From Clostridiales bacterium (GTDB lineage Bacteria; Bacillota; Clostridia; Oscillospirales; Oscillospiraceae): a stretch of DNA of 64,000 bases. The DNA is taken from NCBI GenBank assembly GCA_022782265.1, contig JALFOM010000084.1, positions 1,961 to 65,960 on the forward strand. Reading direction: 5' to 3'. Made by a program: the position numbers and the translations under genes. The notes below the pieces were generated by a model that saw only the letters and a list, made by a program, of their open reading frames with translations, made no database searches and was not told the DNA's origin. The stretch's first letter is position 1; each line of letters begins with the position of its first letter. This document shows, in pieces, positions 63,629-64,000 of the stretch.

Positions 63629-64000
63629 ATGAAAAAACTTGTTGTCATTCTTGCGGCAGTCTGCATTCTGTTTGCAGGTGCTGTGGGATATATAAGCTAT
63701 ACAAACCGGCCCGCGGACGAGGAGCCGGCAGCAGAGCCGGAGACCAGCCAGGCCCTTGACGCAGAGGAGAGCGGCACTGAGGTGCAGACCCTGTCCGTGG
63801 ATTACGACGCTATGCGCGCAAGCCACGAGCCGGACGAGATCGTTGCCACCTGCAACGGACAGGACGTGCGCTGGGACGAGTATTTTTACTGGCTCAGCTA
63901 CAACGCGGCCCAGGTGGAAAACTACATCAACACCATGGCAAGCTACGGCGCAACGATAAGCTGGGACGACCCCTGGAGCCAGGATTCAGCGGAGAGCTAT
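63629..64000 (+). CDS. partial: membrane-anchored SurA-N/PrsA-like peptidylprolyl isomerase (N-terminal 124 codons, open at the window end)
   Basis: ATG at 63629 after AGAGGAAA. The signal anchor MKKLVVILAAVCILFAGAVG is followed by VATCNGQDVRWDEYFYWLSY, typical of the chaperone N-domain. Usual neighbour of mfd in Clostridia (from memory). Confidence 0.5.
   Translation, partial: MKKLVVILAAVCILFAGAVGYISYTNRPADEEPAAEPETSQALDAEESGTEVQTLSVDYDAMRASHEPDEIVATCNGQDVRWDEYFYWLSYNAAQVENYINTMASYGATISWDDPWSQDSAESY

Overview
This is a high-GC, Clostridia-type chromosome segment. It carries the sporulation genes spoIVB and gpr and a Bacillus-like dnaA-dnaN-yaaA-recF-remB-gyrB-gyrA block. My lineage guess is Oscillospiraceae-like, which I cannot verify here. 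From the left come folC, ruvX and an MscS channel, then spoIVB. spoIVB is physically split after 3822 by a ~9.47-kb integrated element (3823-13289). The only intact mobility gene of that element is a large serine recombinase at its right end. The missing 3' end of spoIVB resumes at 13290, and both junctions share an identical 17-bp core, so precise excision would rebuild a 330-codon spoIVB in frame. The element cargo is as follows: (1) an AT-richer two-gene cassette, an orphan 207-aa protein plus an XRE-HTH/ImmA-IrrE metallopeptidase fusion; (2) a RepA_N-only remnant with iteron-like repeats; (3) a Phd/RelE pair plus an extra antitoxin-like ORF; (4) an orphan MobC; (5) an ECF-like sigma/anti-sigma pair that is paralogous to a chromosomal pair 15 kb away; (6) a Cys-rich KTR zinc-ribbon protein; (7) a stand-alone Spo0A C-terminal DNA-binding-domain protein. 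Module borders inside the element carry a family of palindromes built from parS-like half sites. The other ~50 kb is ordinary core genome. It contains KdpD/E-like and OmpR-type two-component systems, a DD-carboxypeptidase, comEA, pepP, efp, zupT, rarA, cysE, a four-gene Trk/Ktr K+ uptake cluster, plsY, asnS, rpsT and gpr. It continues with two perfect parS sites, parAB, serS, mscL, the dnaA-to-gyrA block with a DnaA-box cluster between dnaA and dnaN, rnhA, an ABC exporter, an S41 peptidase, mfd and a partial PrsA-like gene. I saw no rRNA, tRNA or CRISPR array. Many long ORFs in the track are antisense shadow ORFs of GC-rich coding DNA and were not called.
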